Positions 1 to 7,940 of a stretch of DNA of 45,858 nucleotides are shown piece after piece. Made by a program: the position numbers and the translations under genes. Source of the DNA: Bacteroidia bacterium. Lineage in GTDB: Bacteria > Bacteroidota > Bacteroidia > UBA4408. Within the stretch, counting starts at the first letter, position 1. Each line of letters opens with the position of its first letter. The notes under the pieces are model-generated. The model was not told the DNA's origin and searched no databases. It saw only the letters and a list, made by a program, of their open reading frames with translations. The stretch spans positions 1 to 45,858 of the forward strand of contig JBIICS010000004.1 of assembly GCA_044238735.1 (NCBI GenBank). Direction: 5' to 3'.

Positions 1-1686
1 ATTTGGACTAAATTTTAAAATAGTAACAATATCTTGAATGGCCATAAGCCTTTTAGCGTTTAATGAATAAATTCCACTTCCATCATTAAACCATTCTTCT
101 GTTTCTATCAATATCTTTTTTAATTCCTCTTCTTTACAATCAGGTCCCCTCCAGTTATGTACATTGTCACGAATAGTTAGAAATTCTTCCTTTGAAAACT
201 CTCCATCATTATATATAGCAACATATAAGTTGATGAAACATAAAAGGTGAGAAGTAGTGAATTTGTCAATGCCCATTTTCTCCCAATCAAGATTCAGAAC
301 CATTTTACTATTATTAGCATTATTATATTTGGTGTCAGAAAATTTATTTGGATACATTTTCTGATTATTATTGCCAAGAGAATTATAAATCATTTCAATA
401 TCATTAAGTACGTCTTCCTTAAAAGCATCATTACAATTGAAAACAAAATCGATATAACGCTCATCACGCGGATCTATTAAATTCAGACTTTTAATTTTAG
501 GTGAAGAGCCATCGGTAATTCTTAAACTTAGTCTTCCATCAGTTTTACCTTTAGGGAATAGCATTACAATATTATTATTACCCACCTTTACCGAAACACG
601 CGAAGAAGATTCAACAATTGAATAATTTAAAAGATTTTTAGCATTTAAAAAAGATATAATAGATTCTAACTGTTTTTTGAATAAATTTATTTTACCGAAC
701 TGATCCTCAGGCAATTTTCCCGGTAGTTCCAATTTATTATAGTTTAATTCCGTTTCAAAAGACTCTTTGTTCTTCTTATTATCAGCTGCATTTATCATTT
801 TGGTTGTCTTTTTTTTATCATCTAAACTTGATTCATCAATGGCTAAATCTATTAGATGTCTAACTTTGCTTTCTTCCAAACCCATTGCCCTTCCTAATTC
901 CATAATCCATAATTTTTCTTCCTTTAATAATCCTCTGTTATTTAATGCTAAAATGATTATCAGCCTTAAGATGATGATGTTTAATTTGTTTGGCGACGAT
1001 GCGTTTTTTTCTTTTTTATTTGTAGATTTAGCAAACTCTATAATTTGCTCCTTTGTTTTTAAGTCTTTTGTTAATTGGTAGTACATCTTAAAATATGTAG
1101 CAGTAGCAATTATTATATAATCATTCTCCGTATTATTTGTTAAAACATGATCAGTATACTCTTCATCTAATTTGTTAATATTTCCAATTCTTAAGGTTTT
1201 ATCATAATCCCCATAGATTTTTTTCATTTCATCCAAAAATGCATTTAAGTCTTTTTCGGCCCCCACAAGGAATCCATTTTTAAGCTGAATGTTGTAATAA
1301 TATTTTAAATTATTTGAAATTATTTCCTCCTTTTCTCTTTCATTAAAATCCCAATCGAATTCCCTATAATCAGAATGAACTTTATATGTAAAATCGAAAT
1401 CAAATTCACTTAATTTTACTCCATCTCCATTTCGAAGCATGTTTTGAGTATCTCTTTCAATATTATTAATATCAAAACATATGCATTCAACGTCATTGTA
1501 GAATAAAAGCCAGAAATTATCCTCATTATCCAATACCGAAGGGTCATTTGTTAATCCGTTTATTAAACCAACAAAATTCTCTTTAGCTTCCTCCTCACTG
1601 TATTCATCTTTACTATAAGTTTTGGAAAAATTGTAAAGAACTCTAATTGTTTTAAATTTTACGTTGGAAGCGCTTATTTTTGGCAT
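1..1686 (-). CDS. Large modular TerB-like protein, 3'-partial (>562 aa, runs off the left edge)
   Basis: Hand translation from the ATG at 1686 (MPKISASNVKFK...) stays open to base 1; absent from the ORF track because no stop lies in the window. Contains TerB-like segments (IILALNNRGLLKEEKLWIMELGRAMGL; LYVAIYNDGEFSKEEF) and a copy of the C-terminal domain of the 2804..4534 protein. Confidence 0.85.
   Translation of the reverse strand, partial: MPKISASNVKFKTIRVLYNFSKTYSKDEYSEEEAKENFVGLINGLTNDPSVLDNEDNFWLLFYNDVECICFDINNIERDTQNMLRNGDGVKLSEFDFDFTYKVHSDYREFDWDFNEREKEEIISNNLKYYYNIQLKNGFLVGAEKDLNAFLDEMKKIYGDYDKTLRIGNINKLDEEYTDHVLTNNTENDYIIIATATYFKMYYQLTKDLKTKEQIIEFAKSTNKKEKNASSPNKLNIIILRLIIILALNNRGLLKEEKLWIMELGRAMGLEESKVRHLIDLAIDESSLDDKKKTTKMINAADNKKNKESFETELNYNKLELPGKLPEDQFGKINLFKKQLESIISFLNAKNLLNYSIVESSSRVSVKVGNNNIVMLFPKGKTDGRLSLRITDGSSPKIKSLNLIDPRDERYIDFVFNCNDAFKEDVLNDIEMIYNSLGNNNQKMYPNKFSDTKYNNANNSKMVLNLDWEKMGIDKFTTSHLLCFINLYVAIYNDGEFSKEEFLTIRDNVHNWRGPDCKEEELKKILIETEEWFNDGSGIYSLNAKRLMAIQDIVTILKFSPN
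385..714 (-). repeat. Duplicated coding module, copy 1 (110 codons; paralog of 2819..3148)
   Basis: Ungapped alignment at offset 2434; 90/110 aa identical by hand count; 482..564 is identical to 2916..2998. Confidence 0.95.
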
Positions 1687-1766
1687 AGTGTTTTAATAAA
1701 GAGATAGGCGTTTGTTAATATATTCGATGGGATATAATAAGAAAAAAGGGGTGTTCTTAAACCAAT

Positions 1767-2453
1767 TTATTTACCAACAATTTTGTTATAAAAATTATAA
1801 AGCATTCTATCTAACTCCCAACCTTCCATTCCTAAATTATTTGCTACTTCTATCAAGAATTCCTCACTAGACTTATAGTCAGTATGTGACAGATTACTAT
1901 ATTTAAAAATAGCTTGTATTCTGGAATCTATTGCAATACTATTTCTGAAATCCCTATCATAAATATCCATCCAAAAATTTCTTGAGTATTTCGGGCCAAA
2001 TCCTTTAAACTTCTTAACGAAATTAATTTTCTCATCCCGACCTTTTAAAAGACTAATTTTTTCATCAACTTTAGAAAGATAATCTTTCCCATATTCCTTT
2101 TCTAACATTGAAAGATTGTCATGTATCCACTCAGCTTTTTTATTTGCATATCGAACACCTTGTGTCTTCAGGTATGATTGCAAATAGTGAAGTCTGTCAG
2201 AAGATTTTAAACCTAAAACCGTACTGTGTTGTATTTCTTTATTTAAATTACCTTTCTTGTCAAAAAGCTTTGCGTAACCTTTTGAACCACCTAGACTACT
2301 ATAACACTGAATCATTAAGTTATAGAAAAAGGGCTTGGTTTTACCTAACTCTTTAGCAACCTTTTTTTGTTCCGATAAAAAATTATCAATTTCGTTTTTA
2401 TTTGTTTGGTAAAATTTATTTATAAATTTTTCGAATTGTTTATTTTCTTTCAT
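1767..2453 (-). CDS. Helix-hairpin-helix DNA glycosylase/AP lyase, divergent Ogg2-like
   Basis: HhH motif KKFKGFGPKYSRNF with candidate catalytic Lys, downstream Asp in AIDSR, LKTQGVRYANKKAEWI and ANNLGMEGWELDRMLY segments resembling Ogg2, and a C-terminal Lys. Confidence 0.7.
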   Translation of the reverse strand: MKENKQFEKFINKFYQTNKNEIDNFLSEQKKVAKELGKTKPFFYNLMIQCYSSLGGSKGYAKLFDKKGNLNKEIQHSTVLGLKSSDRLHYLQSYLKTQGVRYANKKAEWIHDNLSMLEKEYGKDYLSKVDEKISLLKGRDEKINFVKKFKGFGPKYSRNFWMDIYDRDFRNSIAIDSRIQAIFKYSNLSHTDYKSSEEFLIEVANNLGMEGWELDRMLYNFYNKIVGK

Positions 2454-2472
2454 TTTTTTATTTTTTTGATTA

Positions 2473-2781
2473 TTAACTCTTCTTTTTAAAAAGCATTTCT
2501 GTTTCGGAAATTTTCACTATTTCATCTTCATCATTTAGTTTAGCAGCTTTATTTTGCTTCTCAATAGTATCAGAAGCAGCGCTTTTATTTACCGTATTAT
2601 GGACTGTAGCTGATTTTATTTGCCCTACACTATTTTGAGAAACGCCAGCCGGCGCATTATCTTTATTTTGTGAGGGGTTATTATTAATTACCGTTGCCTT
2701 GGAAAAAAAATTAGAAATTCCTTTTACCAGAAGCAAAACCGCCACAATAATTAATATCAGGATTGCTAATATAACTTGCAT
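2473..2781 (-). CDS. Small single-pass membrane protein, unknown function
   Basis: N-terminal hydrophobic helix (VILAILILIIVAVLLLV) then a polar tail; about 20 nt gaps to both co-oriented neighbours. Confidence 0.7.
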   Translation of the reverse strand: MQVILAILILIIVAVLLLVKGISNFFSKATVINNNPSQNKDNAPAGVSQNSVGQIKSATVHNTVNKSAASDTIEKQNKAAKLNDEDEIVKISETEMLFKKKS

Positions 2782-2803
2782 CTTTTTTTATTTGAATAAT
2801 TTA

Positions 2804-4534
2804 TTAAACGTATGCCTTATAAACCCTTTCAATATCCTTAAGCACATCTTCCTGAAAGGCCTCATTATAATTGAAAACAAAATCGATGTAACGCTCATCA
2901 CGCGGATCAATTAATTTCAGACTTTTAATTTTAGGTGAAGAGCCATCGGTAATTCTTAAACTTAGTCTTCCATCAGTTTTACCTTTAGGGAATAGCATGA
3001 TAATATTATTACTACCAACTTTAACCGAAACACGAGAGGAAGATTCTGCTACAGAATAAGCATTAAGCCCTTTAGCCTTTAAAAAGGAAACAACAGATTC
3101 CAACTGTTTTCTAAAGAGATCAATCTTGCCGAATTGGTCAGCCGGCAAAGCAGAAGCTGCATTATCTTTTGCTGCTGGTGGATTTTTTACTTTTGATTCC
3201 ACTTCCTTTTTAGGTTTATTGTCAGAAGAACTTTGCTGAACCTTCTGTTTAACCTCTGATACGCCCCAACACTCCTTTTTTAAAAGATCATTTAAACTGT
3301 TAAAATTCACATAAGCTTCGCCCCCGGCCCCATGTTTCCATGTTTCTAAATCTCGGCTGGCCTCAATAACCGGCTTATAGGTATTATAAATTTCAATCAG
3401 AACATCCAGATAACTTCCTCTGTTATCCGGAATAAATTCATCCAAAGACAAGTACTTTTCTCCAGTTTCATCTACGCATAAATTTACAGTTCTTAAATTT
3501 CCTTCCGGCCAATCTTGGTAAATATGATCAATCTGGTCCCAGGCAAAAATTGTTGCCACGTTATTATCATCTTCATGCAACGCATGTATTCCGTTTTTGT
3601 CAACTAATATAAATGAAGCAAGCTTATCGCCATAAATAGCAAAAGGGATTACCCAAAACGCCGTTTTGGTATATTCATGTATTTCTTTTGGTAAAAATTT
3701 AAGTATTGGTATTTTATTCTCCTTAATTCTATCGCAAATAAATTTAATCTGGCTTTCGGTATATAAAGGACAAGATTTTACAATATCGGGTAAGAAATCC
3801 GGTATATAAGCCTTAATACTCATGCTTCTGGCATAATAAGAAGTTTTAGCCACATGATTATTCAAATAAGCGTTTACAACATCCTTTGATTTGGCTAATA
3901 CCGTTTTTTCAATATTTCTAAATCTTATTCCGGGATAATCGATATCATTTTCCTCATCACCATCACTGTTAACATCATCATCCACTTCCTCTTCCTCTTC
4001 CTCTTCCTCTTCGTCTTCGTCTTCATCAATATCTTCATTGTTATTTTGGGTAAATTTTGCACCTTCTATTTTTATATTAGCTTTTTCTATATCTAAATGA
4101 GCCTGAATGAGATTTTCAACTTCATTTCTTTCGATATTCATTTGTTCCCCAATTTCATATAACCACGAAATCTCTCCTTTTTTCAGCTCCCCATCACTCA
4201 ATGCCAATTCAATAACATATGTAAACATTAAATATGCTACATCTAAATCATTGCCTAAACTTTTGTGTATATTTCTAGCAATTTCTTTAACGGAATTTAA
4301 TAATTGATTATCGACTTTAAAATCACTAATAATAGCTTGAGAAAGTTGTGTTCCGACTATCATAGCTGTTACAACTTTACCAGCATCACCATCTGATAAT
4401 TCAGTTAATATATCCTTTATTTTATCACTCTCTTCTTGAGATAATTTTCCATCGCTTTTGGTTGCAAATATCATTAATAAAGTAGCGAAATAGTCAAGCA
4501 TAGTAGGATTATAATTTTCTTCCTTTTTTTTCAT
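2804..4534 (-). CDS. TerB-like domain protein with acidic linker, possible PH-like middle domain and duplicated C-terminal domain
   Basis: Two TerB-type DG-x-L-xxx-E motifs (KSDGKLSQEE, LSDGELKKGE), poly-E/D tract, FILVDKNGI...FAWDQI segment, C-terminal module shared with 1..1686. Confidence 0.75.
   Translation of the reverse strand: MKKKEENYNPTMLDYFATLLMIFATKSDGKLSQEESDKIKDILTELSDGDAGKVVTAMIVGTQLSQAIISDFKVDNQLLNSVKEIARNIHKSLGNDLDVAYLMFTYVIELALSDGELKKGEISWLYEIGEQMNIERNEVENLIQAHLDIEKANIKIEGAKFTQNNNEDIDEDEDEEEEEEEEEVDDDVNSDGDEENDIDYPGIRFRNIEKTVLAKSKDVVNAYLNNHVAKTSYYARSMSIKAYIPDFLPDIVKSCPLYTESQIKFICDRIKENKIPILKFLPKEIHEYTKTAFWVIPFAIYGDKLASFILVDKNGIHALHEDDNNVATIFAWDQIDHIYQDWPEGNLRTVNLCVDETGEKYLSLDEFIPDNRGSYLDVLIEIYNTYKPVIEASRDLETWKHGAGGEAYVNFNSLNDLLKKECWGVSEVKQKVQQSSSDNKPKKEVESKVKNPPAAKDNAASALPADQFGKIDLFRKQLESVVSFLKAKGLNAYSVAESSSRVSVKVGSNNIIMLFPKGKTDGRLSLRITDGSSPKIKSLKLIDPRDERYIDFVFNYNEAFQEDVLKDIERVYKAYV
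2819..3148 (-). repeat. Duplicated coding module, copy 2 (paralog of 385..714)
   Basis: Same alignment as copy 1; here it forms the protein C-terminus. Confidence 0.95.
3985..4026. repeat. Hexamer microsatellite (CTTCCT)4(CTTCGT)2CTTCAT encoding the poly-Glu/Asp tract
   Basis: Read directly from sequence; unit length preserves frame. Confidence 0.85.
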
Positions 4535-4727
4535 AATTGTGCTTTTTTTAAATTTTATTTATAATTTCTTATAAAATACTCATTTATAACACCACAACTC
4601 AATCAACTTGTTGTAATACACTTTTTACTCGCTGTAATTAATTATTTACTATTTAATATATTGTTTTAAGCAGCATAATAATTTAATTTGTATAAACAAG
4701 TTAAAACAGAATTACTTAGCTTTAAAC

Positions 4728-6173
4728 ATGAAACTATTATTTGTAGTCTTTTTTATTTATACTGTGGCCTTTGCCCAAAAACAATGTAGTTTATTACAAC
4801 AACAGGGCAAATGGGACGAATCGTTACGTTGCTCATTTGAAGTATTAAATGAGTTTAAGCTTAAGAGTGGTAAACAGGCCGATGAGATTAAAGCTGATGC
4901 CTGTTATAATATCGGTAATATTTATTTTAAAGTAACTGATAAAACCTACAGTAAATTATATTTTGATAGCGCGTTATATTTTGCAACAAAAACAAAATAT
5001 CATCTATTGAAAGGGAAAATTTATTTAATACGCAATCAGTTAGACAGTGTGCGGCTAATAAATAATAAACTTAATAATGCAGATTTATGGATGTCTTATC
5101 ATCTAAAAAAATGCAACTTTAGGGATAATAACAGGTTTGGCAATACCCACCGGAACATCGATAGTGCAATTACTTTTTATAACTCTTCTTCCGACTTAAA
5201 AAAGTTTCAGTATAACATTGGATTTGCTCAATTTTTGAGCCATTGCAAAATACACGACACTGCTTTAATTTATTTAAATAAAGCAAAGAGCTTCCTCAAA
5301 AATATAGCCGATATGGAAGCAGACCATCATTATGCTTTAATTGCCTGCGAAATTTATCTTAACTGTAATAATCAAGATCAGGCGTTTTATTGGTATCGCC
5401 AACAAGATAGCTTAATTAAGAAGTTCTCTTCTAAACCGGCTTTAATTGCTATGAGAGAATTGGAAGATATTCGGCAATTTAAAATAAAGGATGCTAGGTT
5501 AATAGAAGAACGTAATCGGTTTTTTATTATTAGTATAGTCTCTTCTTCTTTATTAATTATTCTGGGTATTCTACTTTACTTTATTAGAAAAAACAGAAAA
5601 CAACTGATTATAACTACTCAACTAAACCAACACCTTTCTTTCTTATTGTCCACTCTATCGCATGATATTCGTTCGCCCCTGGTTTCTCTTTTTTATATGA
5701 ATAATAAGGAGCATACCGAACAAACCATTAGAACAACTAAGCAATTAAAAAAAATTATCGCAATGGTTGATGATCTTTTACACTGGTCTTCCTCTAATTT
5801 AAATTTAATTACTACCCATAAAGTAAAAATTGATCTACTTGAAATTATTGACGAATGGAATGAATTTTTTAAAGAGGATCTAAAGGCTAAAAATTTAACT
5901 CTACAATTAAATGCGCCCAAACCATTAATCTATTTCGATATGCAGATATTACAACTAATTTTAAGAAATACACTTACCAATGCCATAAAATATAGTAAGT
6001 CTGACCAAGAAATTGAAATAAACCTTAATTACACCGATTTTAACGAAGGTTGCCTACGAATACTGAATACAATTGATACTGAAGCAACGCATCATACAAT
6101 TCCATCGAAAGGTTTGGGTCTTAAATTAATTATTCCGCTGTTAAAGAAGGAGAAAATAGAGTTAACACATTGA
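4728..6173 (+). CDS. Sensor histidine kinase (signal peptide, TPR-like periplasmic region, TM, HisKA, HATPase); C-terminus probably clipped
   Basis: H-box SHDIRSPL, N-box RNTLTNAIKYS, G2 KGLGL; frame continues past TGA 6171-6173 to TAA 6210-6212. Confidence 0.85.
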   Translation: MKLLFVVFFIYTVAFAQKQCSLLQQQGKWDESLRCSFEVLNEFKLKSGKQADEIKADACYNIGNIYFKVTDKTYSKLYFDSALYFATKTKYHLLKGKIYLIRNQLDSVRLINNKLNNADLWMSYHLKKCNFRDNNRFGNTHRNIDSAITFYNSSSDLKKFQYNIGFAQFLSHCKIHDTALIYLNKAKSFLKNIADMEADHHYALIACEIYLNCNNQDQAFYWYRQQDSLIKKFSSKPALIAMRELEDIRQFKIKDARLIEERNRFFIISIVSSSLLIILGILLYFIRKNRKQLIITTQLNQHLSFLLSTLSHDIRSPLVSLFYMNNKEHTEQTIRTTKQLKKIIAMVDDLLHWSSSNLNLITTHKVKIDLLEIIDEWNEFFKEDLKAKNLTLQLNAPKPLIYFDMQILQLILRNTLTNAIKYSKSDQEIEINLNYTDFNEGCLRILNTIDTEATHHTIPSKGLGLKLIIPLLKKEKIELTH

Positions 6174-6208
6174 ATAAACAAAGATAAGTACGAAGTAAAT
6201 ATTAAATT

Positions 6209-6940
6209 TTAATGGTGGTCTTTTTTTCTGGATTCACGCTTTAAAATTTTATTATTAATGTAATTTTTAAAAAAGTTATCTCTATATGTATTTCCGATTG
6301 GTAATTGATAATCTTGTATATGAATTAAGTCATCCACAACTTTTTCAATTAAAGTTAAATTAACCAAAACCGATCTGCTAATTTGTCCAAATATTTCTTG
6401 GGGCAATTGTTTCTTTAGATCTTTTAACCCCAAGTAGGCGAGTAAATTCTTATTGTCTCTGCAGATTATTTTAACATAATCGCCTTCGGCTTTAACGTAG
6501 TAAACATCATTATAGTTTAAACGATGAAACTCGTTGTGACCAATTTTACAATAAAAAAAATTATTGTTCTGTATGGTGTTTTGAAACTTATTTAATAGCA
6601 CATCCACTACTTTTAAAAAACTAGTAAACTCGATTGGTTTAACTAAAAAATGAGCAACCTCTGTATCAAATGCTTCAATTGCATATTCAGGATATGAACT
6701 GGTAACCACAATTTGGGTTTTAGGTTCAAGAAGCTTTGCCCATTTTAGACTATTCTTTTTGTTTATTTCAATATCTAAAAAGAGTATTTTAGGTTGGTGT
6801 TGCTGAAAAAGCACATTAGCATCGGGGAGCGATTCGGCTTTAAATACCAATTCGAGCTTATGATGAGCATTAATTAACTCCTCCATAGCCTTAGCATGTA
6901 TTTGATTATCCTCTACAAATGCTACCGGTATTTTTTGCAT
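6209..6940 (-). CDS. LytTR-family response regulator
   Basis: Receiver motifs VED, FLDIEI, FLVKP; LytTR segments YVKAEGDYVKI and QISRSVLVNL. Confidence 0.92.
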   Translation of the reverse strand: MQKIPVAFVEDNQIHAKAMEELINAHHKLELVFKAESLPDANVLFQQHQPKILFLDIEINKKNSLKWAKLLEPKTQIVVTSSYPEYAIEAFDTEVAHFLVKPIEFTSFLKVVDVLLNKFQNTIQNNNFFYCKIGHNEFHRLNYNDVYYVKAEGDYVKIICRDNKNLLAYLGLKDLKKQLPQEIFGQISRSVLVNLTLIEKVVDDLIHIQDYQLPIGNTYRDNFFKNYINNKILKRESRKKDHH

Positions 6941-7174
6941 GTTTTTTATTTGCGAATATGAATAAACTAAATTTATTTCAATTTTAACTTAAAACCTTTT
7001 GGCACTTTAATTTTACTGGCTAAAATAAGCTATTTACTCGATGAACAAAAAAGATCAATCAATAAATCACCTTTAATATAATTACTATAAATCATATAAA
7101 AAGCTTTTTAAGTTTTAGGGGTTGCAAACGAGGATGAGTGGAGTTAAGCTAAGTGATTAAAGCCACTATGTATT

Positions 7175-7202
7175 AAAAAAAGCGCAGTAATAACTGCGCT
7201 TT
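7175..7202 (-). terminator. Intrinsic terminator after the DUF4412-like pair
   Basis: AGCGCAGT-AATA-ACTGCGCT hairpin with an A tract on + (U tract on -). Confidence 0.85.
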
Positions 7203-7249
7203 AATTATAGTCGGTTAATTGTAATCTTAAATTAGGAAATCGGAAATTT

Positions 7250-7927
7250 TTACTGGCCTCCGCCCATCATTCCACCCATCTGCTTTCTAAAATCTTCCGG
7301 ACTCATAATTTTATATTCAGCCGGAATCTGAGCTAAACTCTTCCCTACTTTTTCTTTTTTTACAGATTTTGCAGAAAATTTCATTGTTAGGCCCTGTTGT
7401 TTCATTTGGTACTCTAAAGGAAATCCCTTAATACCACTCATCTGTTTGTTAGACCAATTAGATCCTCCAGTAATAATATCTGGAGTAGCATATACATCAT
7501 ATGACTTCTCTTCCCCATCCTTATCCGTATATGAAATAACCGATTTTTTGCATTTATAACCTGCAATTTCTTTGGTTTCCTCGGTTTCGGTTACCTTAAA
7601 TTCTGTATTTCCATCTTTCTTTTTTAAATCCTCCTCTGTTGACTTGATACCCATTTTATTTCCCATCATATCCATTAACATGGTTGATGTTTTGCTTTTA
7701 TTGTCATTAATAACAACGGTATTTCCCATTGCAGAGGCTTGTTCTACACGCGTAAAATTTTCATTAACAAACATCGACATTTCTTTGGGCATCATACTTT
7801 CGTATTGTTTCATTTCCGAAGGCACATCCGTAAAGGTAATATCGAAAACTATTTTACCTTCGAAAGACTGAGCATAACTAGATGCAGACAGTAATAATGA
7901 TGCAAATAAAAATTTGATTTTTTTCAT
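7250..7927 (-). CDS. Secreted DUF4412/GLPGLI-like protein
   Basis: ETKEIAGYKCKK and GIKGFPLEY motifs; start moved from 7969 to ATG 7927 (MKKIKFLF signal peptide), which removes the overlap with the upstream gene. Confidence 0.8.
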   Translation of the reverse strand: MKKIKFLFASLLLSASSYAQSFEGKIVFDITFTDVPSEMKQYESMMPKEMSMFVNENFTRVEQASAMGNTVVINDNKSKTSTMLMDMMGNKMGIKSTEEDLKKKDGNTEFKVTETEETKEIAGYKCKKSVISYTDKDGEEKSYDVYATPDIITGGSNWSNKQMSGIKGFPLEYQMKQQGLTMKFSAKSVKKEKVGKSLAQIPAEYKIMSPEDFRKQMGGMMGGGQ

Positions 7928-7940
7928 GGTTGATTTATTA

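Noticed and set aside
247-2914. Plus-strand ORFs 247..480, 767..1081, 2108..2356 and 2699..2914 as genes
   Set aside because: Antisense shadows of the minus-strand genes; the two similar ones match only because the underlying module is duplicated.
385-3148. Diversity-generating retroelement TR/VR pair
   Set aside because: Differences are not adenine-specific (many C/T and G/T third-position changes), both copies are coding, and no reverse transcriptase is in the window.
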